Origin: Candidatus Krumholzibacteriota bacterium
GTDB taxonomy: Bacteria > Krumholzibacteriota > Krumholzibacteriia > LZORAL124-64-63
DNA: 64,000 bases
NCBI GenBank assembly: GCA_024277025.1
Contig: JAJRWA010000067.1
Coordinates: 504-64,503 of the forward strand
Direction: 5' to 3'
Shown here: positions 1 to 12,517 of the stretch, piece by piece
Numbering within the stretch: position 1 is the stretch's first letter
Layout: every line of letters starts with the position of its first letter
The notes under the pieces: model-generated
Seen by the model: the letters and a program-made list of their open reading frames with translations, nothing else
What the model was told of the DNA's origin: nothing
The model's database searches: none
Program-made: the position numbers and the translations under genes

Positions 1-229
1 GGGACAGGCCAGCATGATGGAGATCTACACCAGGGAGATTCTGAACATCCGGGACAAGCTCTATTTCATTCTGGCCAAGCACACGGGGCAGGATCAGGAG
101 AAAATTGCTTCGGACAGTGATCGGGATTTCTTCATGTCGGCGGACGAGGCCCAGGCCTACGGTCTGGTCGACAAGGTGATCGAGAACCGCAACGAGATCG
201 CCGACGACCAGCCGAAGAAGAAAAAATAG
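1..229 (+). CDS. clpP: ATP-dependent Clp protease proteolytic subunit ClpP, C-terminal fragment (gene runs off the 5' end of the window)
   Basis: C-terminal 71 aa (…[24 protein letters not shown]…) is the typical ClpP tail. clpX follows immediately, matching the conserved clpP-clpX order. Confidence 0.85.
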   Translation, partial: GQASMMEIYTREILNIRDKLYFILAKHTGQDQEKIASDSDRDFFMSADEAQAYGLVDKVIENRNEIADDQPKKKK

Positions 230-239
230 CGAGGATCAG

Positions 240-1502
240 ATGAAAAGACGCCAGAACGGCAGCCCACAGAAAATCAAATGCTCTTTCTGTGCCCGCGGCC
301 AGGACGAGGTGGCCAAGCTGGTTGCCGGTCCTTCCAGCGTCTACATCTGCAGTGAGTGCATCAAGCTGTGCAATGACATCCTCGAGGGCGAGTTGCTGGA
401 CGAGGCGTCGCTGGCGCCGCCTCGTTACCACAAGCCCAAGGAGATCCTCGATCACCTGAACGAGTACGTCATCGGGCAGGAAGATGCCAAGATCAGCCTC
501 TCGGTCGCGGTGTACAACCATTACAAGCGGATTCACCAGAAGAAGACCGGCGACGGGGTCGAGATCGACAAGTCGAACATCCTGCTGCTGGGCAATACCG
601 GCACGGGCAAGACCCTGTTGGCCCAGACCCTGGCCCGCTTTCTCAACGTGCCCTTCGCCATCGCCGATGCGACGGCCCTGACCGAAGCGGGTTATGTCGG
701 TGAGGACGTGGAGAATATTCTGGTGCGGCTGCTGCAGGCGGCGGATTACAACGTGCCGGCCGCCGAGCAGGGCATCGTCTACGTGGACGAGATCGACAAG
801 ATCGGACGCAAGAGCGGCAACCCTTCGATCACGCGCGATGTCTCGGGTGAAGGCGTGCAGCAGGCCCTCCTGAAAATCCTGGAGGGCACCGTGGCCAACG
901 TGCCGCCCCAGGGCGGCCGCAAGCATCCCCAGCAGAAGTACCTCGAGGTCAACACCAAGAACATCCTCTTCATTTGCGGCGGGGCCTTCCAGGGCCTGGA
1001 GAAAATCATCGAGCGCCGCGTGGGCAAGAACGTGCTCGGCTTTGCCCGCGAAGAAGAGTTCACCAGGAGCGAAGAGCGCGAGGAATTTCTCGGTCTGGTC
1101 GAAGCCCAGGATCTGATGCAGTTCGGGTTGATCCCCGAGCTCGTTGGCCGCATGCCGGTCGTGACCTACATGCACGAACTGGATCGCGACGCCATGGTGC
1201 GCATCCTGACCGAACCCCGCAACTCCCTGACCAAGCAGTACCAGAAACTGTTGGACATGGAGGATGTGGAGCTGATCTTCGAGCCGGAAAGCCTGATCGC
1301 CATTGCCGACCTGGCCACCGAGCGCAAGACCGGCGCCCGTGGACTGCGGTCGATTCTGGAGAGCATCATGCGCAACACGATGTTCGATCTGCCGTCCCGG
1401 GAAGGGGTCCGGCAGGTTGTCGTCACGCGGAAGACCGTCACCGAGAAGGCTGAGCCCATGCTTGTCATGGGTGAATCGCCCAGTGACCTCAAGGAAGCCT
1501 GA
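240..1502 (+). CDS. clpX: ATP-dependent Clp protease ATP-binding subunit ClpX
   Basis: N-terminal C4 zinc ribbon ([31 protein letters not shown]). Walker [19 protein letters not shown]. Full-length 420 aa. RBS-like GAGGA upstream. Confidence 0.95.
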   Translation: MKRRQNGSPQKIKCSFCARGQDEVAKLVAGPSSVYICSECIKLCNDILEGELLDEASLAPPRYHKPKEILDHLNEYVIGQEDAKISLSVAVYNHYKRIHQKKTGDGVEIDKSNILLLGNTGTGKTLLAQTLARFLNVPFAIADATALTEAGYVGEDVENILVRLLQAADYNVPAAEQGIVYVDEIDKIGRKSGNPSITRDVSGEGVQQALLKILEGTVANVPPQGGRKHPQQKYLEVNTKNILFICGGAFQGLEKIIERRVGKNVLGFAREEEFTRSEEREEFLGLVEAQDLMQFGLIPELVGRMPVVTYMHELDRDAMVRILTEPRNSLTKQYQKLLDMEDVELIFEPESLIAIADLATERKTGARGLRSILESIMRNTMFDLPSREGVRQVVVTRKTVTEKAEPMLVMGESPSDLKEA

Positions 1503-1686
1503 GCGAAACCGGCCCCTGGTCGCCACGTGGCCACTCCGTCACGATTCGTGAAATTTCCCTCCTCCCGGGATAAATTACTGAGCGGGTCGCCCTGATCCGG
1601 TTATATTTGCTGGGTACGGCTGCCTGGAGGTGGCCAGACCCTTTTATTGGCCCGGCCAGCCGGGCACTGCCTGCAATTGGAGAACA

Positions 1687-4107
<2,421 letters not shown>

Positions 4108-4113
4108 TCCACC

Positions 4114-4707
4114 ATGGAAGTCGAATTCATCACCAGCAGTCCCGACCTGCGAGGTCTGCCCGCGCCGGATCTGCCGGAATTCGCCTTTTTGGGGCGCAGC
4201 AATTGCGGCAAGTCGTCGTTGATCAATCATTTTCTGAACCGGACGAGCGTGGCCCGAACCAGCGGCAAGCCGGGCAAGACACGGCTGTTCAACTACTTCC
4301 GGGTTGAGAATCGGTTCTATGTGGTGGATCTGCCCGGCTACGGGTTCGCCAAGGTGAGCAAGCAGCAGCGGGCCGTGTGGAAGAAGCTCTTCGCGCGCTA
4401 TCTGGCGGCCGAGGACCGGGCCATGGCGATCTTCCAACTGCTGGACGTGCGGCATCAGCCGACGGCCGATGATCTTGAGGTGGCGGACTGGATTCGGCGG
4501 TCCGGTCATCCCAGCGCGGTCGCCATCACCAAGACCGACAAAATCGGAACCAACAGCCGGCAACGGCGCTATACAGAGATCATTTCGGCCCTGGGCATGG
4601 GGCCGGATATTCCGGTTTTTCCGACCTCGGCTGTGCAGAAGACGGGGCGGGTCGAGATGATCGCGTGGGTGGAGGCCCTGCTGGCCGCCAACGCAGACAG
4701 CGAGTGA
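4114..4707 (+). CDS. engB: Ribosome biogenesis GTP-binding protein EngB/YsxC/YihA
   Basis: G1 motif GRSNCGKSSLIN and DLPGYGFAKVSK motifs. lon-ysxC synteny is conserved in many bacteria. Confidence 0.85.
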   Translation: MEVEFITSSPDLRGLPAPDLPEFAFLGRSNCGKSSLINHFLNRTSVARTSGKPGKTRLFNYFRVENRFYVVDLPGYGFAKVSKQQRAVWKKLFARYLAAEDRAMAIFQLLDVRHQPTADDLEVADWIRRSGHPSAVAITKTDKIGTNSRQRRYTEIISALGMGPDIPVFPTSAVQKTGRVEMIAWVEALLAANADSE

Positions 4708-4708
4708 T

Positions 4709-4738
4709 TTGACGCGCTGTGGCGATTCCCGGTATAAT
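4709..4738 (+). promoter_or_regulatory. Near-consensus sigma70 promoter (TTGACG-N18-TATAAT) upstream of the secreted CXXCH protein
   Basis: -35 TTGACG at 4709-4714, -10 TATAAT at 4733-4738. A perfect 15-bp palindrome CTGGTCC-T-GGACCAG at 4758-4772 lies just downstream and could be an operator. Confidence 0.5.
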
Positions 4739-4834
4739 AGGGCTGAAAACTCCATCTCTGGTCCTGGACCAGTGGCGGGGCCGGAGCGCCATGACCGCAT
4801 TGTGCGGCCAGTAAACCCGAAACCAGGTTGGTTC

Positions 4835-5263
4835 ATGCACAACTTCGCCCACACAGGATCGCACAGGCTGGCGACCGTACTTGCGGTTTGCCTGGTGTTG
4901 TGGGCCGGTGGGGCAGGCGCCACCGAGTTCGACATTAATCGGCTGCCGGTGATCTCGCCGAATCTCTGCCTGGCCTGCCACACGGTTGATGCTCCGACCG
5001 CGGGCAACGCGGGCCTCAACCCCTTCGGTGTCGACTACCTGGCCAATGGCCGGCAGTGGGATTCCAATCTGGCCCAGCTGGATTCCGATGACGACGGCTG
5101 TTTGAATGGCGTCGAGGTCGGCGACAGTGACGGGGACGGTAACCCGGACGGCAACGTGACGGCGCAGGCGGGCAATCCGGGCGTTTTTGACGACTGCGGT
5201 TCCGGCTCCCTGGTGGACGAGAAAACCTGGGGTACCTTGAAAGCTATGTTTGACGCCGAGTGA
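4835..5263 (+). CDS. Small secreted protein with a single CXXCH motif and Asp-rich Ca-binding-like loops (hypothetical)
   Basis: Signal peptide (LATVLAVCLVLWAGGAGA). Motif NLCLACHTVD = CXXCH. Two DxDxDG loops (DSDDDGCLNGVE, DSDGDGNPDGNV) reminiscent of Excalibur, dockerin or TSP3 calcium sites. Start ATG 4835 chosen downstream of the promoter; the maximal ORF starts at 4709. Confidence 0.5.
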   Translation: MHNFAHTGSHRLATVLAVCLVLWAGGAGATEFDINRLPVISPNLCLACHTVDAPTAGNAGLNPFGVDYLANGRQWDSNLAQLDSDDDGCLNGVEVGDSDGDGNPDGNVTAQAGNPGVFDDCGSGSLVDEKTWGTLKAMFDAE

Positions 5264-5365
5264 TCGCGGAGCGATAATTGGTATCTGAGTTACCCGGCTG
5301 GCGTCATGCTGCTTGTTCGGGTTTTTTTTGCGCGCCAGGCAGGCGGTGGCGCCAGCCGGCGAACC

Positions 5366-6673
<1,308 letters not shown>

Positions 6674-6763
6674 CGCTGGCCGGATGCGGCGAGGGTTTCG
6701 AAGTTTTTGACAGCAGGACGCGGGTACTCTATATTGCGGGCCGCTGCGGAAACCGATTTGGGT

Positions 6764-6839
6764 GGGCCACTAGCTCATCAGGTAGAGCATCTCCCTTTTA
6801 AGGAGGTTGTGCTGGGTTCGAGTCCCGGGTGGCCTACCA
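6764..6839 (+). tRNA. tRNA-Lys (anticodon UUU)
   Basis: 76-nt cloverleaf folded by hand. Acceptor GGGCCAC/GTGGCCT (G-U first pair), D-arm GCTC…GAGC, anticodon stem TCTCC/GGAGG with loop CTTTTAA (anticodon TTT), T-arm CTGGG-TTCGAGT-CCCGG, discriminator A and encoded CCA. Confidence 0.8.
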
Positions 6840-6854
6840 GCCCAATCCCGCGTG

Positions 6855-6886
6855 AGGCCGGCCGATAGGGCGGCCTTTTTTTTTCT
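6855..6886 (+). terminator. Rho-independent terminator after tRNA-Lys
   Basis: Hairpin AGGCCG-gccgataggg-CGGCCT followed by a T9 run. Confidence 0.6.
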
Positions 6887-6897
6887 CCATTTTCGAC

Positions 6898-6925
6898 TCA
6901 AGTTTTGCTCGGCCGCGGCCGATAC
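6898..6925 (+). promoter_or_regulatory. Candidate sigma28 (FliA) promoter upstream of flagellin
   Basis: TCAAGTTT-N12-GCCGATAC compared with the sigma28 consensus TAAAGTTT-N11-GCCGATAA. Lies about 100 nt upstream of the flagellin ATG. Confidence 0.45.
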
Positions 6926-7024
6926 CTCCCATATAAGGCGAAGACCGTCCACCTCCACTGCCCAGCACCAGGCGGGCCGTGCGGAGCCGGGATTTCAGCG
7001 TGGGCGCAACAAGGGATTGTCAGC

Positions 7025-7864
7025 ATGACCTTTCGCATCGGCAGCGGCTACTCCGCAACCAGGAATTCCTTGCGCACCACGGCGCAGCACCGCCATGAGG
7101 AACGCAAGTCACTGGAGAAACTCAGCAGTGGCCACCGGGTCAATCGGGCGGCCGATGATGCGGCGGCGCTGGCGATCGCCACCCGGATGGGTGAGGTGCT
7201 GGCCGGGTTGGAACAGGGGATGGAGAACGTCTACGACGGGTTGTCCATGGTCCAGACCGCCGACGGGGGACTGGACGCCACCACCGATCAACTGCACCGG
7301 ATGCGCGAACTGGCCGTGTCCGCCGCCAGCGATGTGCTGAGCCCCGACCAGCGGCAGGCGGCGCAGTCGGAATTCGAGGCTCTGCGGAGCGAAATCGACC
7401 GCACAGCCTCCAGCACGGAATTCAACGGGCAGAAGGTCCTGGACGGCTCCGCCGGCGAAGTCGAGATCGCGCTGGGGCAGGAGCAGGACGCCGCCGGCGA
7501 GGGCATTGCCCTGGACTTCTCCCGCAACATGGATGCCGAGTCCCTCGGCCTGGCCAGTACCCAACTGGCGGGGCCCGATGGCCAGAACGCGCGGGCGGCC
7601 CTGGACGATATCGACAGCGCCCTGGCTGCAGTCAGCAGTCAGCGCGCGCAGTTCGGCAGCGTCAGCAACCGCCTGATGAGCGCCAACCAGGGCCTGGCCG
7701 TAGCGGCCGAGAACACCTATGCGTCGCGCTCCCGAATCATGGATACCGACTACGCGGCGCAGTCGGCCGAGCTCGTGCGCCAGCAGATCATGGTTCAGGC
7801 CGGCACGGCGGTCACGGCCCAGGGCCTGCGGATCCCCTCGTCGGTGCTGAGCCTCCTGGCCTAG
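7025..7864 (+). CDS. Flagellin (short, about 279 aa, N and C helical domains only)
   Basis: N-terminal flagellin domain (LSSGHRVNRAADDAAALAIATRM…NVYDGLSMVQTADGGL…ELAVSAASD) and C-terminal domain (…SRSRIMDTDYAAQSAELVRQQIMVQAGTAVTAQGLRIPSSVLSLLA). Start taken at ATG 7025 with an AAGGGA RBS. Confidence 0.8.
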   Translation: MTFRIGSGYSATRNSLRTTAQHRHEERKSLEKLSSGHRVNRAADDAAALAIATRMGEVLAGLEQGMENVYDGLSMVQTADGGLDATTDQLHRMRELAVSAASDVLSPDQRQAAQSEFEALRSEIDRTASSTEFNGQKVLDGSAGEVEIALGQEQDAAGEGIALDFSRNMDAESLGLASTQLAGPDGQNARAALDDIDSALAAVSSQRAQFGSVSNRLMSANQGLAVAAENTYASRSRIMDTDYAAQSAELVRQQIMVQAGTAVTAQGLRIPSSVLSLLA

Positions 7865-7888
7865 GCTGCGCCACGAGCGCAAGAGACA

Positions 7889-7920
7889 AGAAAAGGCGCC
7901 GGGCTTCCCCGGCGCCTTTT
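7889..7920. terminator. Bidirectional rho-independent terminator between the convergent flagellin and pepF genes
   Basis: AAAAGGCGCCGGG-cttc-CCCGGCGCCTTTT: a perfect 13-bp stem flanked by an A-run and a T-run. Confidence 0.7.
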
Positions 7921-7941
7921 CTGTCGTCGGACCTCGGCCCG

Positions 7942-9867
7942 CTACTTGTGTCCGTACTTCTTCGTCCAGACCTTGTCGAACTCCGCCACTGTCTTGGCGA
8001 AGGTGTCCATGGCGCTGACGATCGGCGCCGGCGTCTCCAGGTCCACGCCCGCGTTGCGCAGGATGTCCAGGGGCGGGGCGCTCGAGCCGGCCTTCAGCAT
8101 GTTGTCGATGTAGCGGGTGGCCGCCTTGTCGCCGTGGTTGGTGATCTCGTCGGCCAGGGCCAGACCGCTGGTCAGGCCGGTCGCGTAGGTGAAGACATAG
8201 AAGTTGTAGTAGAAGTGGGGGATGAACATCCACTCGCACTCGTCATCCGGGCCCAATTCGAAGTCGTCTCCGTAGTACTCGCGAATCAGCGACGCATACA
8301 GTCCGTTGAGAAACTCGGCTGTCAAGGGGTTGCCCGCCTCGGCGTACTCGTGGAACTGCAGCTCGAAATCCGCGAACAGGGTCTGCCGGAAGATAGTCTG
8401 CCGGATGCTCTCCAGCCGCTGGTTCAGCAGCATCAGGGTGACATCCACGTCGTCGGCCTCGGCCAGCAGGTAGTTCGTCAGCAGGGCTTCATTGCAGGTC
8501 GAAGCGATTTCGGCCAGGAAGGTCGTGTATCCGGCGTAGACCGGCGGCTGGTTGCGGCTGGAGAAAACCGAGTGCAGGGCGTGGCCCATCTCGTGGGCCG
8601 TCGTCGAAACCGCATCCAGGCTGTTGTCGAAGTTGTGCAGCACGAACGGGTGGATGTCCCGGGCCAGGATGCCCGAGCTGTAGGCCCCGCTGCGCTTGTT
8701 CTCGTTGGGGTAGACGTCGATCCAGCCGTTGGCCGGGTCCATGCCCTCGGTGATCAGGCTGACGTACTCCTTGCCCAGGGGCTTGAGACCCTTGGCGATG
8801 ATGCGCCGGGCATCGTCATAGCTGTACTCCGGTTCGACGCCCTCGATCATGGCATTGTAGAGGTTGGGGAAAGTCAAGGGGCCGTCAACGCCCATGACCT
8901 TGCGCCGCAATTCGACATACTTGTGCATGGTGCGGGGCAGGTTCTCGCGCACCGTGTCGATCAACATGCGGTAGGCGTCGGTCGAGATGTTGTCGGGGCT
9001 GAGGGCGGCCTCAAGGCAACTGTCGTAGCCGCGGGCGGTCTTGTTCAGGATGTGGGCCTTGACCGCGCCGTCGAGCATGGTGGCGAAGGTGTTCTCGTAC
9101 CGGCGCAGGGTGCCGAAGAACGCGTCGCGCGCCTGGACACGCGTGTTGTAGGCATCGGATGAACGCAGGGCGCTCCAGCCACTGACCGTCAACTCGACCT
9201 TCTGGCCGTCGGCGTCCACGATCTCGGGGAATTTCATGTCCACGCCCAGCAGGGCGTCGTAGGCGTCCTTGGGCGCCGAAGCCAGATTGCCGCCCAGGGC
9301 CATCAGGCGCTCTTCCGGGCCGGACAGGGTGTGCGCCTGCTGCCGCAAGAGCTCACTGAAGTAGTACTCGTAGACCTGCAGGGCCGGTTCCTCGGCCATG
9401 AAGCCCTTGATGACCGCGGGGTCGATCTCCAGCAGTTCGGGCTGGATCCAGCTGGTGGCCTCGCCAAAGGCCGGCAGCATGGACTTGACCCGGCCGTCCA
9501 TGGTGCGGGCGGCGCTGTCCGCCTGGTTCACATCGTATTTCGTCTGGGCGTACATGTAGAGTTTGTAGAGGCGGTTGGTGAGTTCTTCACTGGCCTTGTT
9601 GGCAGCCAGCAGGCTTGCCGCCGAGTCAGCCAGATGGCCCTTGTATTCGGTCAAGGTGGGGATGTCGGCGGCCACGGCGGTCATTTCGAGTTCCCAGGCG
9701 GCGTCGTCCGGGAAGATGTCCGTCGGGTGCCACTGATACTCGACGGGGATCTGTTCACGTGGTGCGGAGGGGTCTGGCGTGTAGCCGGCCACGGCGGCGA
9801 CGGCCACCAGCAGCACGAAGATCGTGGCCAGGGCGGCAACTGATCCGAAACGACGGCGAGGGCTCAT
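7942..9867 (-). CDS. pepF: Oligoendopeptidase F (M3 family), secreted or lipoprotein form
   Basis: HEXXH zinc motif in TAHEMGHALH and M3B-type architecture. N-terminal signal peptide. Confidence 0.85.
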   Translation of the reverse strand: MSPRRRFGSVAALATIFVLLVAVAAVAGYTPDPSAPREQIPVEYQWHPTDIFPDDAAWELEMTAVAADIPTLTEYKGHLADSAASLLAANKASEELTNRLYKLYMYAQTKYDVNQADSAARTMDGRVKSMLPAFGEATSWIQPELLEIDPAVIKGFMAEEPALQVYEYYFSELLRQQAHTLSGPEERLMALGGNLASAPKDAYDALLGVDMKFPEIVDADGQKVELTVSGWSALRSSDAYNTRVQARDAFFGTLRRYENTFATMLDGAVKAHILNKTARGYDSCLEAALSPDNISTDAYRMLIDTVRENLPRTMHKYVELRRKVMGVDGPLTFPNLYNAMIEGVEPEYSYDDARRIIAKGLKPLGKEYVSLITEGMDPANGWIDVYPNENKRSGAYSSGILARDIHPFVLHNFDNSLDAVSTTAHEMGHALHSVFSSRNQPPVYAGYTTFLAEIASTCNEALLTNYLLAEADDVDVTLMLLNQRLESIRQTIFRQTLFADFELQFHEYAEAGNPLTAEFLNGLYASLIREYYGDDFELGPDDECEWMFIPHFYYNFYVFTYATGLTSGLALADEITNHGDKAATRYIDNMLKAGSSAPPLDILRNAGVDLETPAPIVSAMDTFAKTVAEFDKVWTKKYGHK

Positions 9868-10006
9868 GGGAAAACCTCCAAAATACAGGTTGGCGTGAGC
9901 GAGCCCGGCTCCAGGGGGAGCCGGGCTGGCGCGGGAAAACTGCTGATCGCGCGGCGGCCTAACGGCGCAGGGCGCGACCTATCTCGTCCTGACCCGGCGC
10001 CCATGA

Positions 10007-11233
10007 TTAATCACCCATGGACTTGCCGGGGAAAGGCATCTCGATTGTATCGACAGTCATGGTACCGCCGGCGACGTCATGAACACCGTGGAAGATGATC
10101 TCGTCGTAGTAGCCCGTGAAGTAGAGGTTGTCCGGGCCGGTGCCCCAGATGCTGACCAGGCTGCTCGCGCCATCGTAGAGCATCTGTCGCTGGCCGGTTC
10201 CCGCCGCGAAGTTGTAGTCGACAGTCTGGAAGTATACCCGGCCCTCGTCGGTCACCAGATAGACATTGCCCGTGCCGTCGACCCAGATGTCGCGGATGCC
10301 GGCGCCGGGGTCGTTCGTCAATTCGGGATAGAACTTTTGCCAAACGTTGTCGCCGTTGTCGTCCCGGACCAGCCTGAACAACCAGCCTTCGCTGGTGCCG
10401 AGGTAGTTGCGGCTGAGATCGACGGCATCGCTGGTCGTGCACAGGACCCACTCGGCGGCGACAACCTGTTCGCCGCTGATCGGACGCAGGATCCAGTCAG
10501 CCGTTGAAATCGAATCCGGCAGGGTGTTGATGGCCAGCACGTTGCCCTTGGTATTGTTGATGCCGAAGGGCTCGTCTTCGAACTTGGGATCAACGTAGGC
10601 ACCACCCATGAAGTAGTGGTTCACCGTCAGCACGGAGGACAGGTCCTTGGCGACCGACAGGGTGTCGGTCGGACTGCCGTTTTCGTCCAGGATGACCATG
10701 ACGTCTTCGACGCCGCCCCAGGTGGAACCGTTGAGGCGGCGGATGGTCCCGTTGGCCCCGACGGCGTGGATGCGAACATCGCTGGACAAAGAGCCAATCT
10801 GCATCTGGCCGATGCCGAACAGGTTCTGCTGGGTGCCGCTGCTCATGCCGCCCCAGCCGGAGCCGGTGTTGCGCCAGATGTGGCCGCCGTGGCCGACTGC
10901 GTAAAGGACAGACTCGGCCGGGGGGGACCAGATGTTCGTGATCGCGGCAGTGGTCCCCATGTTCTGCAGAGTCCAGCTCGTGCCGTCGAAATGGTACATC
11001 ACACCGAGGGCGCCACCGACATAGATGTCGTCAGCCGCGGTGCCATACACGTCGAAGAGCCACTTGCGGGCCTCGGGTACCGGTGCGGTGGGGAATTTGA
11101 CCTCATTGTCGTCGGAACCGCAGGCGCTCAGGCTCAGCATGCCGCCGAAAAGGGCCAGGGTCATCAGCGCGGGTACGCTACACCTGTTCAACAGACGGGC
11201 CGCGCCGGTCAGGGCGGAAGCAATTTTCATCAT
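10007..11233 (-). CDS. Lipoprotein with a Ycf48/BNR-like beta-propeller (hypothetical)
   Basis: Signal peptide plus lipobox (LSLSAC). Repeated W-x-x-V/G-T blades (GTSWTLQN, GSGWGG…, GSTWGGV). Start set at the internal MMKIAS (11233) because the upstream part of the maximal ORF (start 11569) runs antisense to the nadA start. Confidence 0.6.
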   Translation of the reverse strand: MMKIASALTGAARLLNRCSVPALMTLALFGGMLSLSACGSDDNEVKFPTAPVPEARKWLFDVYGTAADDIYVGGALGVMYHFDGTSWTLQNMGTTAAITNIWSPPAESVLYAVGHGGHIWRNTGSGWGGMSSGTQQNLFGIGQMQIGSLSSDVRIHAVGANGTIRRLNGSTWGGVEDVMVILDENGSPTDTLSVAKDLSSVLTVNHYFMGGAYVDPKFEDEPFGINNTKGNVLAINTLPDSISTADWILRPISGEQVVAAEWVLCTTSDAVDLSRNYLGTSEGWLFRLVRDDNGDNVWQKFYPELTNDPGAGIRDIWVDGTGNVYLVTDEGRVYFQTVDYNFAAGTGQRQMLYDGASSLVSIWGTGPDNLYFTGYYDEIIFHGVHDVAGGTMTVDTIEMPFPGKSMGD

Positions 11234-11557
11234 TGCTGCTATATCCTCACGTTCAGCTTGGTGGGGAGAACGGAACGGCCGACCACCGAGGCCGACAAGA
11301 ACCCACAGAATCCTCGTCGGCAATCCCATGCCCGCCAGGAGGCAGAGGCCGCAAAACCAACCCATAAATAATATGGCCCACGGGGGCGAAAGTCCACACC
11401 CGGAAGCGGATAATCGGAAAGTTGGCTTGCAGAATGGGGTTGTTGTGACAAAATTGAGTTTGGATCCGGCTGTTATCGACGTTCTTGGGCCACCCAGTCC
11501 CCGAGCGACGGCCGGTGGCCGTTGGGGCCGAAACCTGTTGCCAAGGAGTGCAAGGCC

Positions 11558-12517
11558 ATGAACAACCATCCGCTAAGCGTGGCCGAGCCCGGTCTGGACC
11601 TCTTTGCTGAGATTGAGCGGCTGCGCCGGGATCTCAATGCCGTCATTCTGGCCCACTTCTACCAGGAGCCGGATATCCAGGATATCGCCGATTTTGTGGG
11701 GGACAGCCTGGCGCTGAGCCAGCGCGCGGCCGAGACCGAGGCGGAAGTCATCGTGTTTGCCGGTGTGCACTTCATGGCCGAGACGGCCAAGATTCTCAAC
11801 CCGGACAAGCAAGTGCTGCTGCCGGACCTGGAGGCCGGCTGCAGCCTGGCCGACGGGTGCCCACCCGCCGAGTTCGCCACTTTCCTGGCGCGCTATCCCG
11901 GGCACAAGGTCATCAGCTACATCAACTGCTCGGCCGCGACCAAGGCCATGAGCGATGTGATCTGCACCAGCAGCAACGCGGTGAAGATCGTGCAAAGCTT
12001 TCCGGCGGATCAGCCGCTCGTCTTTGCGCCGGACCGCTATCTGGGTTCCTGGGTGCAGCGCAGCCTGAACCGGGATCTGGTTCTGTGGCCGGGCTCCTGC
12101 GAGGTCCACGAAGTGTTCAGCGAAAAGCGGCTGGTGGAACTGAAGGTCGAGTATCCCGCGGCCGTCGTGGCGGCGCACCCCGAGTGCCCGGCCGGAGTCT
12201 TGCAGCATGCCGATCTGGTGGGCAGCACCTCGGCCATCCTGAAGTATGCGCGGGAAACGCCGGCCCGCCAGATCATCGTGGTCACCGAAGCGGGCATCCT
12301 GCACCAGATGCGCAAGGACAATCCGGACAAGGAACTGATTCCGGCGCCGGGCAATGACGAGTCCTGCAACTGCAACGAATGCCCGTACATGAAGCTGAAC
12401 ACGCTGGAGAAACTCTATCTCTGCCTGCGGGACCGGACACCCGAGATCACGGTCGATCCGGCGGTGGCGGCCAAGGCCCTGATTCCGATCAACCGCATGC
12501 TGGAGCTGAGCCGTTGA
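11558..12517 (+). CDS. nadA: Quinolinate synthase A
   Basis: Full-length NadA similarity (…[22 protein letters not shown]…CSAATKAM…). Start at MNNHPL. Confidence 0.9.
   Translation: MNNHPLSVAEPGLDLFAEIERLRRDLNAVILAHFYQEPDIQDIADFVGDSLALSQRAAETEAEVIVFAGVHFMAETAKILNPDKQVLLPDLEAGCSLADGCPPAEFATFLARYPGHKVISYINCSAATKAMSDVICTSSNAVKIVQSFPADQPLVFAPDRYLGSWVQRSLNRDLVLWPGSCEVHEVFSEKRLVELKVEYPAAVVAAHPECPAGVLQHADLVGSTSAILKYARETPARQIIVVTEAGILHQMRKDNPDKELIPAPGNDESCNCNECPYMKLNTLEKLYLCLRDRTPEITVDPAVAAKALIPINRMLELSR

Noticed and set aside
1503-1686. Possible heat-shock (sigma32-like) promoter GTGAAA-N16-…ATAAAT upstream of lon.
   Set aside because: Only a weak resemblance to the CTTGAAA/CCCCATNT consensus. No CIRCE element. 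Not reported as a feature.
11380-11420. GAAAGTCC-containing segment reminiscent of the RNase P RNA P4 region.
   Set aside because: The flanking sequence does not match the conserved GGAAAGUCCGGGCUCC or ACAGAACCCGGCUUA blocks, and the region is too short.
12379-12513. Upstream ATG start for the cysteine desulfurase.
   Set aside because: It would overlap nadA by 139 nt in another frame. Conserved NifS/IscS N-terminal alignment begins at the TTG at 12514.
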